Part shown: positions 22,963 through 33,545 of the stretch, one piece after another | Position numbering within the stretch: position 1 is the stretch's first letter | Layout of the letters: every line of letters begins with the position of its first letter | Source: Flectonema sp. DT1601 | Lineage: Eukaryota | DNA length: 64,000 bases | Direction of reading: 5' to 3' | Assembly: GCA_964019425.1 (NCBI GenBank) | Contig: OZ025801.1 | Span: 1-64,000 of the forward strand | Position numbers and translations under genes: made by a program | Notes under the pieces: model-generated | Seen by the model: only the letters and a program-made list of their open reading frames with translations | Told to the model about the DNA's origin: nothing | Databases searched by the model: none

Positions 22963-23354
22963 ATAAACAATGTTATCATTGTTTTTTTATCGATCGACTA
23001 TGTCGATCACTTTCAATTTTCCGTCCTGGTCAGGACGCTAAACTGATTGTTTTTTCTTTAAAAATAAATAAAAAGAATAAAAAAAAAGAAAAAAAAAAGG
23101 AATAAACAATGTTATCATTGTTTTTTTTTTATCGATCGACTATGTCGATTACTTTCTATTTTCCGTCCTGGTCAGGACGCTAAACTGATTGTTTTTTCTT
23201 TAAAAATAAATAAAAAGAATAAAAAAAAAAGAAAAAAAAAAGGAATAAACAATGTTATCATTGTTTTTTATCGATCGACTATGTCGATCACTTTCTATTT
23301 TCCGTCCTGGTCAAGACGCTAAACTGATTGTTTTTTCTTTAAAATAATTAAAAG

Positions 23355-23387
<33 letters not shown>

Positions 23388-23640
23388 ATAAACAATGTTA
23401 TCATTGTCTTTTTTCTATCGATCGACTATGTGGATCACTTTCAATTTTCCGTCCTGGTCAGGACGCTAAACTGATTGTTTTTTCTTTAAAAATAAATAAA
23501 AAGAATAAAAAAAAAAAAAAAAAAAAGGAATAAACAATGTTATCATTGTTTTTTTTCTATCGATCGACTATGTCGATTAATTTCTATTTTCCGTCCTGAT
23601 CGAGACGCTAAACTGATTGTTTCCTTTTTTTAAATAATAA

Positions 23641-23675
<35 letters not shown>
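21080..23675. repeat. AT-rich minisatellite, about 19 units of roughly 110-150 bp
   Basis: Recurring AAACAATGTTATCATTGTTT, TCGACTATGTCGA and CGTCCTGGTCA(A/G)GACG, separated by variable A and T tracts. Confidence 0.92.
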
Positions 23676-23678
<3 letters not shown>

Positions 23679-23993
23679 ATCTCCCTGCTATCCTCATATC
23701 CCCACAATAATATTATACCTTTTCATTTTCTCTTTCCTTTTCTGGTCTTTTTTTTTTCTTTTTTTCCTTTTTCATACAACGTTTTTTATTTATATTTTAT
23801 TTTTTTTTTTTTTTTTCATGTTTGATTATTTCCTCTTCATATTTTTTTTCTATTCTTTCTTTTTTTTTTTTTTTTTTTTTTTCTCTACCTCTCTCTTAAT
23901 TCTGTTCGTTTCTTTGAAACGAAAATTCATTTGAATATTATTCCTTGGTCAGCAACCATCATTGTCGCCCTTTGGGCCTGTTAAAAAAAAAAA

Positions 23994-25876
23994 AAAAATA
24001 AAAAGAAAGTTTACGTCGGGAATAGGGCAGGAGCCAAAAGCTCCCAGTCCGTTACTTCCCACTTATCGAAATTCTGCAAACATTGTGTTTTGCAATCAAA
24101 ACGTATAGTGATATTGGTCTCACAGACCTACCAGTAGAACTTTATCCTCCAACTTACTTTCCTCCTTGGAAGGATTTTGATAAAATAGAAATTAACGAAA
24201 ATATTGGTGCGAGAAAATGCGAAAACACGAATAGAAATCAAGATATCTGTAAAGAACTTATCAGAAAATTAGAAGAAAAATATGAAAACAACATACTTGC
24301 GACAATATATACTGACGGCTCTGTAAGTGAAGGAGTTGGAGGTGCATCATTTGTAATAAATTTTGAAGAGAAATTCCTGGAAGGTAAATTCCCGGCAGGA
24401 AAAATATGCTCTTCTTTTAGATCGGAGTTATTTGCAATATACCATGCTCTCAATACTTTACTGAAAGTAATAAAGAAAAAACCAAATAGGGAGTTGGAAG
24501 ACAAGGCAATTCTAGTTCTCTCAGACTCACAGAGTGCCTTATCTGAACTAAAAAGAGGTCATTGCTACCAACGGACTGAGCTAGGTCTTAAATGCTGGAT
24601 TATCCTGGGAATACTGTGTGAACAGGGTTTGAAAGTTAATATATCTCATATTTTCTCACATTGTGGAATCGAAGGGAATGAAAGGGCAGATGCTCTTGCT
24701 GCTGAAGCAGTACATATGGAACAAGACAAAGTCAAAGTTGATTACAAAACTGTAACGACGAAAATGAAATTCTTACATACAAAAGTTAAAATAGGAAAGA
24801 AAGAATCATTTCCTCCGAAATTCAATAGGGAAATGGAAATATTGATCTCTCAAATAAGGATGGGAAAGGCATGCTTTACCACAAAGCAAACTGATAATAG
24901 ATATAGAAATGGATTGTGTCAATGCTGTGAAGTCGAAGACACAGTACAACACTTTGTATGTGAATGCCCTGCATTCTATAAGGAAAGAAAAACAAACTTC
25001 GAATCTCTTATACTATCGGAACAAGAGTTAGAAGGACACGTGAATGAATTCGATGGTATGAAAATACTGTTGAAATATATATGTGAAGTGGGAAAAGGGC
25101 TTATCCAAAGGGTGAGGCTCATAAGAGAATAAAGAAACGATGCTTTTGCCCCACTCTTTTGTGAAGGTAGATGCCTTGTGGTGCCGAAGGAAAGCAGACA
25201 GGGGAACAGATGATGAAGAGGATTCTGATGTATGAAGAAGGTGATTCTGATGTCATTTAAAAGATGAAGATTATGTAGTTACGAAAATGATGAGGATACT
25301 GCAGTAAGTTAAATGAACAGAAGAGATCATCCTACTCCTTGAGAACAAGAAGGGTTCATTGAGAAGCCTGTCATTTTGCTGTTTAATTATGCTGATAATA
25401 ACAATTATGCTGATAACATTTATTACGTAACTCTTGCTTAACATTAGACAAATCTAACTAAGTCTTTTGTTCATCTTGCTCTTCTTAATTTCCATTATGC
25501 GAAAAACTTCTTAAGCAAGCGGGAAAGCTGATTGCTGGAAGGAGGGCTGACAGTTTTAAGATGTGGAGAACACTTATTTAGATGAAGACGTAAATTAGAT
25601 GTACTCACATGAGGATTATAAACATGTCAACAACTCAAAGAATAAGGGTTAATCGAGTAACCCGTCAAACCATGCTGTTGTAACTATTATGCTGATTAAT
25701 TTTATTTTTACGTAACTCTTGCTGCACATTAGACTAAACTAGCTCAGTCTTCTGTTTCTCTATTGTATTCCTTTCTATTTATGAACGAACCTTTTGGGGT
25801 CAACTTACCCCGCTCATAAACAGGATATCAAGTGAACAGAGAATTAACCTTCTCTGTATCACAACATATCCAGTAT

Positions 25877-25918
<42 letters not shown>
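23994..25918 (+). mobile_element. 3' part of the ingi/I-like LINE (RNase H, CCHC, 3' UTR, 41-nt poly(A)) abutting the 5' end of a 5S gene
   Basis: Likely continuation of the RT fragment at 13174-14137. The poly(A) at 25878-25918 is followed by ggcaattgcag, which corresponds to 5S nt 1-3 plus upstream flank. Confidence 0.88.
24083..25132 (+). CDS. LINE RNase H + CCHC domain (C-terminal portion of the LINE polyprotein)
   Basis: Motifs PPW, IYTDGS, RSELFAI, SDSQSAL, HCGIEGNERAD and Cx2C-H-C. It has no real start, and rejoining it to the RT fragment needs one frameshift. Confidence 0.85.
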   Translation: MCFAIKTYSDIGLTDLPVELYPPTYFPPWKDFDKIEINENIGARKCENTNRNQDICKELIRKLEEKYENNILATIYTDGSVSEGVGGASFVINFEEKFLEGKFPAGKICSSFRSELFAIYHALNTLLKVIKKKPNRELEDKAILVLSDSQSALSELKRGHCYQRTELGLKCWIILGILCEQGLKVNISHIFSHCGIEGNERADALAAEAVHMEQDKVKVDYKTVTTKMKFLHTKVKIGKKESFPPKFNREMEILISQIRMGKACFTTKQTDNRYRNGLCQCCEVEDTVQHFVCECPAFYKERKTNFESLILSEQELEGHVNEFDGMKILLKYICEVGKGLIQRVRLIRE

Positions 25919-25922
<4 letters not shown>

Positions 25923-28698
25923 ATTGCAGATTTTTTTATTTCTTAGGGGTTTGACCCACCATGAAAAAATTCGCAGAAAAGATTTATTAGCAGAGTATTG
26001 CTGGGGCTCGGTCTTAGCTTTAACATTAACACAGGAGCGGCGAAAATTACGTCTTTCGGGGGGAAAAGCCAAAAGAAAAATATATTAAATAATATAAATT
26101 AAATTTTCTACATAAAAATAGGATAAGCACGGTAAGTCTCGGTTCATTTTCTCTGCTTGGCAAACAGAGGTGAACGGGCAATAAAAAAACCCCAAAAGAA
26201 GAGAATTCTTCCTAAGAGGTTGGCTAAATATTCTAAGCAAGCTTAGATATTGAGACTGTACCAATAAAGTACAGAAACTGTAGCTTTAGAATCGTTGGTT
26301 AACCTTAAAAAGCAGTTACCCCAGGTAATTAGAAATTGTGTGGCTTTTAGAACTACCAGCCAGAACTAGCAGAAATGCTTGCTTGCGGGTAGGGAAGTAA
26401 GGGAAAAAGCCTGCAAGCACCCGGGGTTCCCACGTGATCACTCACCGCAGTACTAACCAGGCCTGCTGGTGCTTAACTTCCCAAATCGGGCGGGATGGGG
26501 TGCATTCACCAGAGTATGGCCGCAGGCAATTGCAGATTTTTTTATTTCTTAGGGGTTTGACCCACCATGAAAAAATTCGCAGAAAAGATTTATTAGCAGA
26601 GTATTGCTGGGGCTCGGTCTTAGCTTTAACATTAACACAGGAGCGGCGAAAATTACGTCTTTCGGGGGGAAAAGCCAAAAGAAAAATATATTAAATAATA
26701 TAAATTAAATTTTCTACATAAAAATAGGATAAGCACGGTAAGTCTCGGTTCATTTTCTCTGCTTGGCAAACAGAGGTGAACGGGCAATAAAAAAACCCCA
26801 AAAGAAGAGAATTCTTCCTAAGAGGTTGGCTAAATATTCTAAGCAAGCTTAGATATTGAGACTGTACCAATAAAGTACAGAAACTGTAGCTTTAGAATCG
26901 TTGGTTAACCTTAAAAAGCAGTTACCCCAGGTAATTAGAAATTGTGTGGCTTTTAGAACTACCAGCCAGAACTAGCAGAAATGCTTGCTTGCGGGTAGGG
27001 AAGTAAGGGAAAAAGCCTGCAAGCACCCGGGGTTCCCACGTGATCACTCACCGCAGTACTAACCAGGCCTGCTGGTGCTTAACTTCCCAAATCGGGCGGG
27101 ATGGGGTGCATTCACCAGAGTATGGCCGCAGGCAATTGCAGATTTTTTTATTTCTTAGGGGTTTGACCCACCATGAAAAAATTCGCAGAAAAGATTTATT
27201 AGCAGAGTATTGCTGGGGCTCGGTCTTAGCTTTAACATTAACACAGGAGCGGCGAAAATTACGTCTTTCGGGGGGAAAAGCCAAAAGAAAAATATATTAA
27301 ATAATATAAATTAAATTTTCTACATAAAAATAGGATAAGCACGGTAAGTCTCGGTTCATTTTCTCTGCTTGGCAAACAGAGGTGAACGGGCAATAAAAAA
27401 ACCCCAAAAGAAGAGAATTCTTCCTAAGAGGTTGGCTAAATATTCTAAGCAAGCTTAGATATTGAGACTGTACCAATAAAGTACAGAAACTGTAGCTTTA
27501 GAATCGTTGGTTAACCTTAAAAAGCAGTTACCCCAGGTAATTAGAAATTGTGTGGCTTTTAGAACTACCAGCCAGAACTAGCAGAAATGCTTGCTTGCGG
27601 GTAGGGAAGTAAGGGAAAAAGCCTGCAAGCACCCGGGGTTCCCACGTGATCACTCACCGCAGTACTAACCAGGCCTGCTGGTGCTTAACTTCCCAAATCG
27701 GGCGGGATGGGGTGCATTCACCAGAGTATGGCCGCAGGCAATTGCAGATTTTTTTATTTCTTAGGGGTTTGACCCACCATGAAAAAATTCGCAGAAAAGA
27801 TTTATTAGCAGAGTATTGCTGGGGCTCGGTCTTAGCTTTAACATTAACACAGGAGCGGCGAAAATTACGTCTTTCGGGGGGAAAAGCCAAAAGAAAAATA
27901 TATTAAATAATATAAATTAAATTTTCTACATAAAAATAGGATAAGCACGGTAAGTCTCGGTTCATTTTCTCTGCTTGGCAAACAGAGGTGAACGGGCAAT
28001 AAAAAAACCCCAAAAGAAGAGAATTCTTCCTAAGAGGTTGGCTAAATATTCTAAGCAAGCTTAGATATTGAGACTGTACCAATAAAGTACAGAAACTGTA
28101 GCTTTAGAATCGTTGGTTAACCTTAAAAAGCAGTTACCCCAGGTAATTAGAAATTGTGTGGCTTTTAGAACTACCAGCCAGAACTAGCAGAAATGCTTGC
28201 TTGCGGGTAGGGAAGTAAGGGAAAAAGCCTGCAAGCACCCGGGGTTCCCACGTGATCACTCACCGCAGTACTAACCAGGCCTGCTGGTGCTTAACTTCCC
28301 AAATCGGGCGGGATGGGGTGCATTCACCAGAGTATGGCCGCAGGCAATTGCAGATTTTTTTATTTCTTAGGGGTTTGACCCACCATGAAAAAATTCGCAG
28401 AAAAGATTTATTAGCAGAGTATTGCTGGGGCTCGGTCTTAGCTTTAACATTAACACAGGAGCGGCGAAAATTACGTCTTTCGGGGGGAAAAGCCAAAAGA
28501 AAAATATATTAAATAATATAAATTAAATTTTCTACATAAAAATAGGATAAGCACGGTAAGTCTCGGTTCATTTTCTCTGCTTGGCAAACAGAGGTGAACG
28601 GGCAATAAAAAAACCCCAAAAGAAGAGAATTCTTCCTAAGAGGTTGGCTAAATATTCTAAGCAAGCTTAGATATTGAGACTGTACCAATAAAGTACAG
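25919..28698 (-). repeat. SL + 5S array type A, block 2 (four 5S genes)
   Basis: Same as block 1 at offset +15581. 5S genes at 26408-26527, 27014-27133, 27620-27739 and 28226-28345. Confidence 0.97.
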
Positions 28699-29374
28699 TA
28701 ATTGCGCTTGCCTTCCATATCATGCACCTGACGAATGAAATGTATAGATGAAACTAATTAAACTAATAAAGCAAACTAATGGATCAAACTAGCAAACACA
28801 GAGAAGCTGTCTAAGACAGTTTATTGCGTTGGGGTAGTGGCTGGTGCCCGTTTCGATTCGGCGTGACACCGGCCGGAGGGATGGAGGGTGGGTTTTTCTT
28901 TTACTTTTAGTGGTGAGATGTGACAAAGTGGCAAATAACTGCAAAAGTAAAAGAATAAATTTATTAGAATCCAAATAATTTAAACTATAACAAAAAGACA
29001 GCTTAGCACCAAAGCTCCATGATTTTTTACTGCTAACAGAATTAGCAGCCGAACACCTAGATTTCAAAACCAGATTGCCTACTAAAAGGAGTCCTTTCTC
29101 ATCCTATTATACCTTATCTATCTTTCCTAAACCTGCTTATGCGCAGAAATCCAGCATCTTTTCCTTGGGCAAAAACCTTTCTTACTTTTCTAGTAAGAAA
29201 GTTTTCTGCCTAAATTCTGGTGCATTTTGGATGGCTGCGCAATTACTGAAATAAATTTGCAATAATTGCGCTTGCCTTCCATATCATGCACCTGACGAAT
29301 GAAATGTATAGATGAAACTAATTAAACTAATAAAGCAAACTAATGGATCAAACTAGCAAACACAGAGAAGCTGT

Positions 29375-32300
29375 CTAAGACAGTTTATTGCGTTGGGGTA
29401 GTGGCTGGTGCCCGTTTCGATTCGGCGTGACACCGGCTCCGCCACCCCGTCGCGAGTTGAAGAAGCCCCCGAGCGCAAGTTCGACCTTCGCCCTCGTTTC
29501 CGAGGTGATAGGCTCCCTCGAGGGGATGTCTGCGGGGTTATACTTTGTGCTCACCCATTGAAGTGTGAAAGAACATTTTAAACGAAGTAATTTTTCTATT
29601 GAAACTAAAATAAATGAATTAAGAGAGTGTGAGCGAGCACACATCTTCTTTCTGAAAGATCCGCAGACCGTGGTGTTATCGACCCAGATGGACAAATGGT
29701 CCGCTCTAGTAATAGCGCTCAAAGTCTTCCCTAAAGCATCTGCCTCGAGAATGTTAATATGGCGTTCTTCGCCTAAAGGCCATTGGCCACCTAAGATTTC
29801 CATCTCTGCAGAGTCCCAAACAATCACACCTCCCCAGCCCTTGAGCGAGGCATCGATAAAGACCTCTGCAGTTTTACCGACCTTCTCAACTGGTAAAATA
29901 GTACGTCCCTTCTGGACTTGGTGCATCCACGCGCGCAGCTCAGCTTTCACTGAGTTTGGTAAAGAAATCTTTTCTGAAACAAGAATTGCTCCTCGATTGA
30001 GCTTATTAGTAAGTCTTCGCAGAAACTTCATTGCAAACCAGAACCTACCAGGAGGGACCCCCGATATGGCACTAGCATGCAAAAGCCTGCCCGAAAGAGA
30101 TTCTGCTGCTGCTGCAGTTATGCAGTTCAAATTGCAAGCTTTTATTCTTTTAGTAATCTTTTCACCTAAAGAAACTTCCCTAGTAGGATGTGAGAAAAAT
30201 GCACCTAAAAATTCGTATTCAGTGCCTAAATTAACAGTATCTTGTACCTTCCAGGTTGCGTTGCAAAGCCTGGCAAACTCGTCCATTCTATTCGTGGCCT
30301 CTCGGACCCTTTCTTTATCCCCATAAATCCTTATATTATCTATCCACCAATCAATTTTCACTTGCTTTTCTGCAAATTCTGGCCTAACAAACAAGGGGTC
30401 GCCAGAAACTACTGCAGTAATCGTATTCATAATTTCGGGCGCACAAACGTGCCCCATCGGTAATCTGGTTAGCGCGAACCAGTCCCCCGAGGCATCCTCG
30501 AAGGTAAAAAGAGGTCTCGAAGCCTCTGGAATAAGTATCTGATAAAAACCTGTTTTAAAGTCTCTTAAAGAAGCTACTTCTGAGTGCACTGCACCTAAGT
30601 ACTTCGAGATATGTTGTAAAGGTACAAACGGTTCATATCCAGTCTCGTAAATCTTCTCGTTCTCTTCCTTAGTCCACAAGATAAAGCGCTGCCTATCTCC
30701 TGTCTCCCTTTCCTCGAAAACTGTGAAAGGCACGTTCCTGGACTTAGAAAGTTCCTTCTTAAAAGGTACTGCAATTTTACACCTTACTAACTCCTTAGAG
30801 TGAAGACAGGAAAGCTTTGTTTTTTGAAAAGAATTTTGGGTTTTTTTATCTTTCAGGTGGGGAGTGGTGGAATGGTTGGAGGGAGAACGGGATGAGTGTC
30901 TCGAAGGGTCGTTAGGGAGCGCCGGTTCGAGTCTGGGAGGGGGATTCTTCTCTCTATTTTTACCTAAACTTTTCAGATTTCCTGCATTTTTAAATGTCAA
31001 GTCCCAAGTCTCGTTGAAACGCTCTAGGACGCTCGGAAGCATCCGGTCTTTGATTATTTGAATATCCATCGGCTGTACGATCGCTGCGTGTAGTGGGGCC
31101 GACTTCTCGTAGCTCGTACTCGGTATCCTTGTTGACTTAGCCCTGTGTGTGAACTGAGCCCCCATTTTTCTTATCAGTTTTATAGGAACCTCGTCACTAA
31201 GGATGTCTTCAGAGCCCGAGCGGTGGCGATTGCGTTCCCTCCGTATCTTATTGTTGTATTTGAGATCGCCGACGTCGTCGAGTGCTTTGCAAGGCGGCTT
31301 ATCAGCTCTTCCTTCAGGTCGCATCCGCTCGCGAGGAGCTCTAGTAAGGTGCTTATTGCGCCTCTTTTTATCGAGTGGGCTGTATAGGTTTTCATAATAC
31401 TGTCTTCCTTCCACTCTTTTACTAGTCGTGATGTGTCCCACGGATGTAAGGTTTCGAATTCTTCTATTTCCGTCAGTCCATCCGCTATTTCCCCCACGAG
31501 ATCCCCGACCAACACGGCCCATCTGCTCGGGTAGAACGGATTGCCTCTGCGGCCCTTTGGTGTGGTTGCCCAATCTATTATTATTTCTTCCTTTGAAATT
31601 AGTATAAACTGCTCCCTTGCTAGTCCTGCTGTCTCTCCCCATCGTGCGGCTGCCTTCCAGCTGATGAGCATCGCGACTCTCGTCCTCGTACATTGTTTCA
31701 TCGCCCATCCTACTAAGTGCTCCCTCTTCATGGGGATTGCTTGCTGAGTTGGAATGTTCCCTCCTGCTGCTCTGATTGCTGCTGCTAAGGTTAAAAGTGG
31801 CTTGCTGTCCATTCCCATCTTCCCCATCAGGGCTGACAGGTGCTTTGAATATGTAAGAAGCGCCGATTCCGCTGCTCCCGTTGCCATCACGAAGAGAACA
31901 GCTGTGTCCCCATTGACTTGTAGGTTCTGGCTGCCTGCCCAATTTATCAGTCTCTTCCAGAGCTGCTTCCTGCTGGAAGTGGTCTCCTTTGCCCACATCT
32001 TCTCCATTGTCTCTCCAAGTCTTTCTGTTGCTTGGAGCACTCCCACAGAGTCTTCCTTCTGATTTCTGCTCAGGGCAGAGGGCTCCACTATGTCTAGAAG
32101 GACATTTTGGATCACCCCTGAAGAGTCCCTTCTGGGTTCTTCCTCCACTTTTTCTACTAAGTCTGTCTTTTCCAGATTTTTGAGATTCTTTGAATTTTCC
32201 CTGACTGGACTTAGAGATGAGATACTTTTTGAAATTGCCATCCCAGGCTTTCCCGGGGTATACCTGCGCATTAGACCAATTACTTTGAGATTTCTCTGAA

Positions 32301-32416
32301 TTTTCAGTGTTCCTCTTTCTATTTCTACCTGCTTCTTTACCTTCAATATTTGTAGCAAGTTTCCCGAGGCTCTTGCTCTCCTCACTGGCAGTGTGGGGCT
32401 GGACGTCGCCAGTCAT
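29375..32416 (-). CDS. Reverse transcriptase / RNase H (DIRS group)
   Basis: RT motifs RDFKTGFYQ, RLPMG, WIDN and EFLG. RNase H motifs FIDAS..GWG, HINILEA, VDNTT and NPADIPSR. The first ~410 codons overlap the YR ORF, so the true start is uncertain. Confidence 0.9.
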   Translation of the reverse strand: MTGDVQPHTASEESKSLGKLATNIEGKEAGRNRKRNTENSEKSQSNWSNAQVYPGKAWDGNFKKYLISKSSQGKFKESQKSGKDRLSRKSGGRTQKGLFRGDPKCPSRHSGALCPEQKSEGRLCGSAPSNRKTWRDNGEDVGKGDHFQQEAALEETDKLGRQPEPTSQWGHSCSLRDGNGSSGIGASYIFKAPVSPDGEDGNGQQATFNLSSSNQSSRREHSNSASNPHEEGALSRMGDETMYEDESRDAHQLEGSRTMGRDSRTSKGAVYTNFKGRNNNRLGNHTKGPQRQSVLPEQMGRVGRGSRGGNSGWTDGNRRIRNLTSVGHITTSKRVEGRQYYENLYSPLDKKRRNKHLTRAPRERMRPEGRADKPPCKALDDVGDLKYNNKIRRERNRHRSGSEDILSDEVPIKLIRKMGAQFTHRAKSTRIPSTSYEKSAPLHAAIVQPMDIQIIKDRMLPSVLERFNETWDLTFKNAGNLKSLGKNREKNPPPRLEPALPNDPSRHSSRSPSNHSTTPHLKDKKTQNSFQKTKLSCLHSKELVRCKIAVPFKKELSKSRNVPFTVFEERETGDRQRFILWTKEENEKIYETGYEPFVPLQHISKYLGAVHSEVASLRDFKTGFYQILIPEASRPLFTFEDASGDWFALTRLPMGHVCAPEIMNTITAVVSGDPLFVRPEFAEKQVKIDWWIDNIRIYGDKERVREATNRMDEFARLCNATWKVQDTVNLGTEYEFLGAFFSHPTREVSLGEKITKRIKACNLNCITAAAAESLSGRLLHASAISGVPPGRFWFAMKFLRRLTNKLNRGAILVSEKISLPNSVKAELRAWMHQVQKGRTILPVEKVGKTAEVFIDASLKGWGGVIVWDSAEMEILGGQWPLGEERHINILEADALGKTLSAITRADHLSIWVDNTTVCGSFRKKMCARSHSLNSFILVSIEKLLRLKCSFTLQWVSTKYNPADIPSREPITSETRAKVELALGGFFNSRRGGGAGVTPNRNGHQPLPQRNKLS
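31180..32385 (-). CDS. Tyrosine recombinase
   Basis: Catalytic pattern R (AARWGE), HxxR (HSIKRG), H (AKH) and Y (TIRY). The start is uncertain (the ORF track uses GTG). Confidence 0.9.
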   Translation of the reverse strand: MRRARASGNLLQILKVKKQVEIERGTLKIQRNLKVIGLMRRYTPGKPGMAISKSISSLSPVRENSKNLKNLEKTDLVEKVEEEPRRDSSGVIQNVLLDIVEPSALSRNQKEDSVGVLQATERLGETMEKMWAKETTSSRKQLWKRLINWAGSQNLQVNGDTAVLFVMATGAAESALLTYSKHLSALMGKMGMDSKPLLTLAAAIRAAGGNIPTQQAIPMKREHLVGWAMKQCTRTRVAMLISWKAAARWGETAGLAREQFILISKEEIIIDWATTPKGRRGNPFYPSRWAVLVGDLVGEIADGLTEIEEFETLHPWDTSRLVKEWKEDSIMKTYTAHSIKRGAISTLLELLASGCDLKEELISRLAKHSTTSAISNTTIRYGGNAIATARALKTSLVTRFL

Positions 32417-33477
32417 TGTCCCCCAGCCCTTCCGTTTCCCTGTCCTTGCTGGAACGTCCTACGGAATGGAACATATCCTCCTTTTCTTCCTTTTGTACTT
32501 GCACTGCTTGTAAGGTTTCTGGTAATTGCTTTCTTCTTTGCCATAAGTACTGCATTAGCCTTCTGTAATGGATCATTAGCCTCTGTTTTAAGCTGATTGA
32601 TTAGATCCGACCTCTTTGTCCCATTCATGCAATACATATTCTGAATCTTCAAATCTCTCAACAAGTTATTTCCTAATGAGACTGCATTCTCGTTCTTGTC
32701 CCATCCTGGGATGAATTCCATAGCTAATATGAATCTTTCTAAGTTATTGTAATAATTCTCTAGCAACTCAACCCCTGGTCCAGGGGGAACTCTTCCTACG
32801 AATTTTGATTCCAGTTTAATCAGCAAGATCTCTGTCAGCCGTTGTTCCATGATTGGAATCCAGTCTAAAACACTATTCGTGTCTAATACAGCAGACTGCA
32901 TCTGTGAATCTTCTTCTCCACCTTGCTGAGTACCTTGCTGAGGCGCTGCAGGAAGCACTGGTGGTGGTACAGGCTGTGGCCCCTGCGAGGTCTGCTGATG
33001 TGGTGTATTTTGAAAATGCTGCTGGAGCTGTTGCTGTAATTGTTGCTGAAGCTGCTGCTGAAACTGCAGTTGAGACTGTTGAAACTGCTGGAACTGATCT
33101 TTAATTCCAATTACTTCTTGTTTGAGGATGTTTGTCTCATGCGAACGCACCTCGCTCTCTTGTCGAACTGCAGCATCCCGCTTCTGACTTTCTTCCCTCG
33201 TGCGTGCTATCACGGCAGCTGCGATTCCTGGTTCGATTTCACTCACATTAGGAGCTTCTAATACATCTATTTTGATACATCCTGTTTGTCCCAGTTCCCT
33301 AACAGTTTTACTCATAGCTTGGTTATAAATTCCACCCTTGCCTGCTCTGTCAATCTTCACTATTCCTTCTAATGGTAAATCATTAACGAAGAAGGCCCTA
33401 ACTTTGTGGCCCATTGTGCTTGCTAGAAATCCTTCAATCTCATCATCATTCATGCACTTAATAGTTGCAGTAGTCAT
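32413..33477 (-). CDS. Gag-like protein (354 aa, Gln-rich coiled coil)
   Basis: First ORF of the element. Its ATG (MTTATIKC) lies at the inner edge of repeat A1, 45 nt after a splice acceptor. The gag label is positional only. Confidence 0.75.
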   Translation of the reverse strand: MTTATIKCMNDDEIEGFLASTMGHKVRAFFVNDLPLEGIVKIDRAGKGGIYNQAMSKTVRELGQTGCIKIDVLEAPNVSEIEPGIAAAVIARTREESQKRDAAVRQESEVRSHETNILKQEVIGIKDQFQQFQQSQLQFQQQLQQQLQQQLQQHFQNTPHQQTSQGPQPVPPPVLPAAPQQGTQQGGEEDSQMQSAVLDTNSVLDWIPIMEQRLTEILLIKLESKFVGRVPPGPGVELLENYYNNLERFILAMEFIPGWDKNENAVSLGNNLLRDLKIQNMYCMNGTKRSDLINQLKTEANDPLQKANAVLMAKKKAITRNLTSSASTKGRKGGYVPFRRTFQQGQGNGRAGGQ

Positions 33478-33522
33478 TTTTCTTTTACTTTTAGTGGTGA
33501 GATGTGACAAAGTGGCAAATAA

Positions 33523-33545
33523 CTGCAAAAGTAAAAGAATAAATT
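33523..33545 (-). promoter_or_regulatory. Polypyrimidine tract + CAG splice acceptor for the gag mRNA
   Basis: Minus strand ATTTATTCTTTTACTTTTGCAG|TTATTTGCC. Copy 3 has an SL exon joined at exactly this AG. Confidence 0.8.

Larger units (their letters stand above)
14138..23993 (+). mobile_element. 5'-truncated RLE-type non-LTR retrotransposon (HERO/NeSL/R2 group) nested in the LINE
   Basis: Flanked by a candidate TSD AAAAATAAAA (14128-14137 and 23994-24003) and ends in an A tract from 23983. The 3' extent rests on a low-complexity TSD, so 19550-23980 could be a separate insertion. Confidence 0.65.

Noticed and set aside
20741..23675. CRISPR array
   Set aside because: Eukaryotic context and no cas genes. 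Repeats are too short, or spacers are homopolymeric and non-unique.
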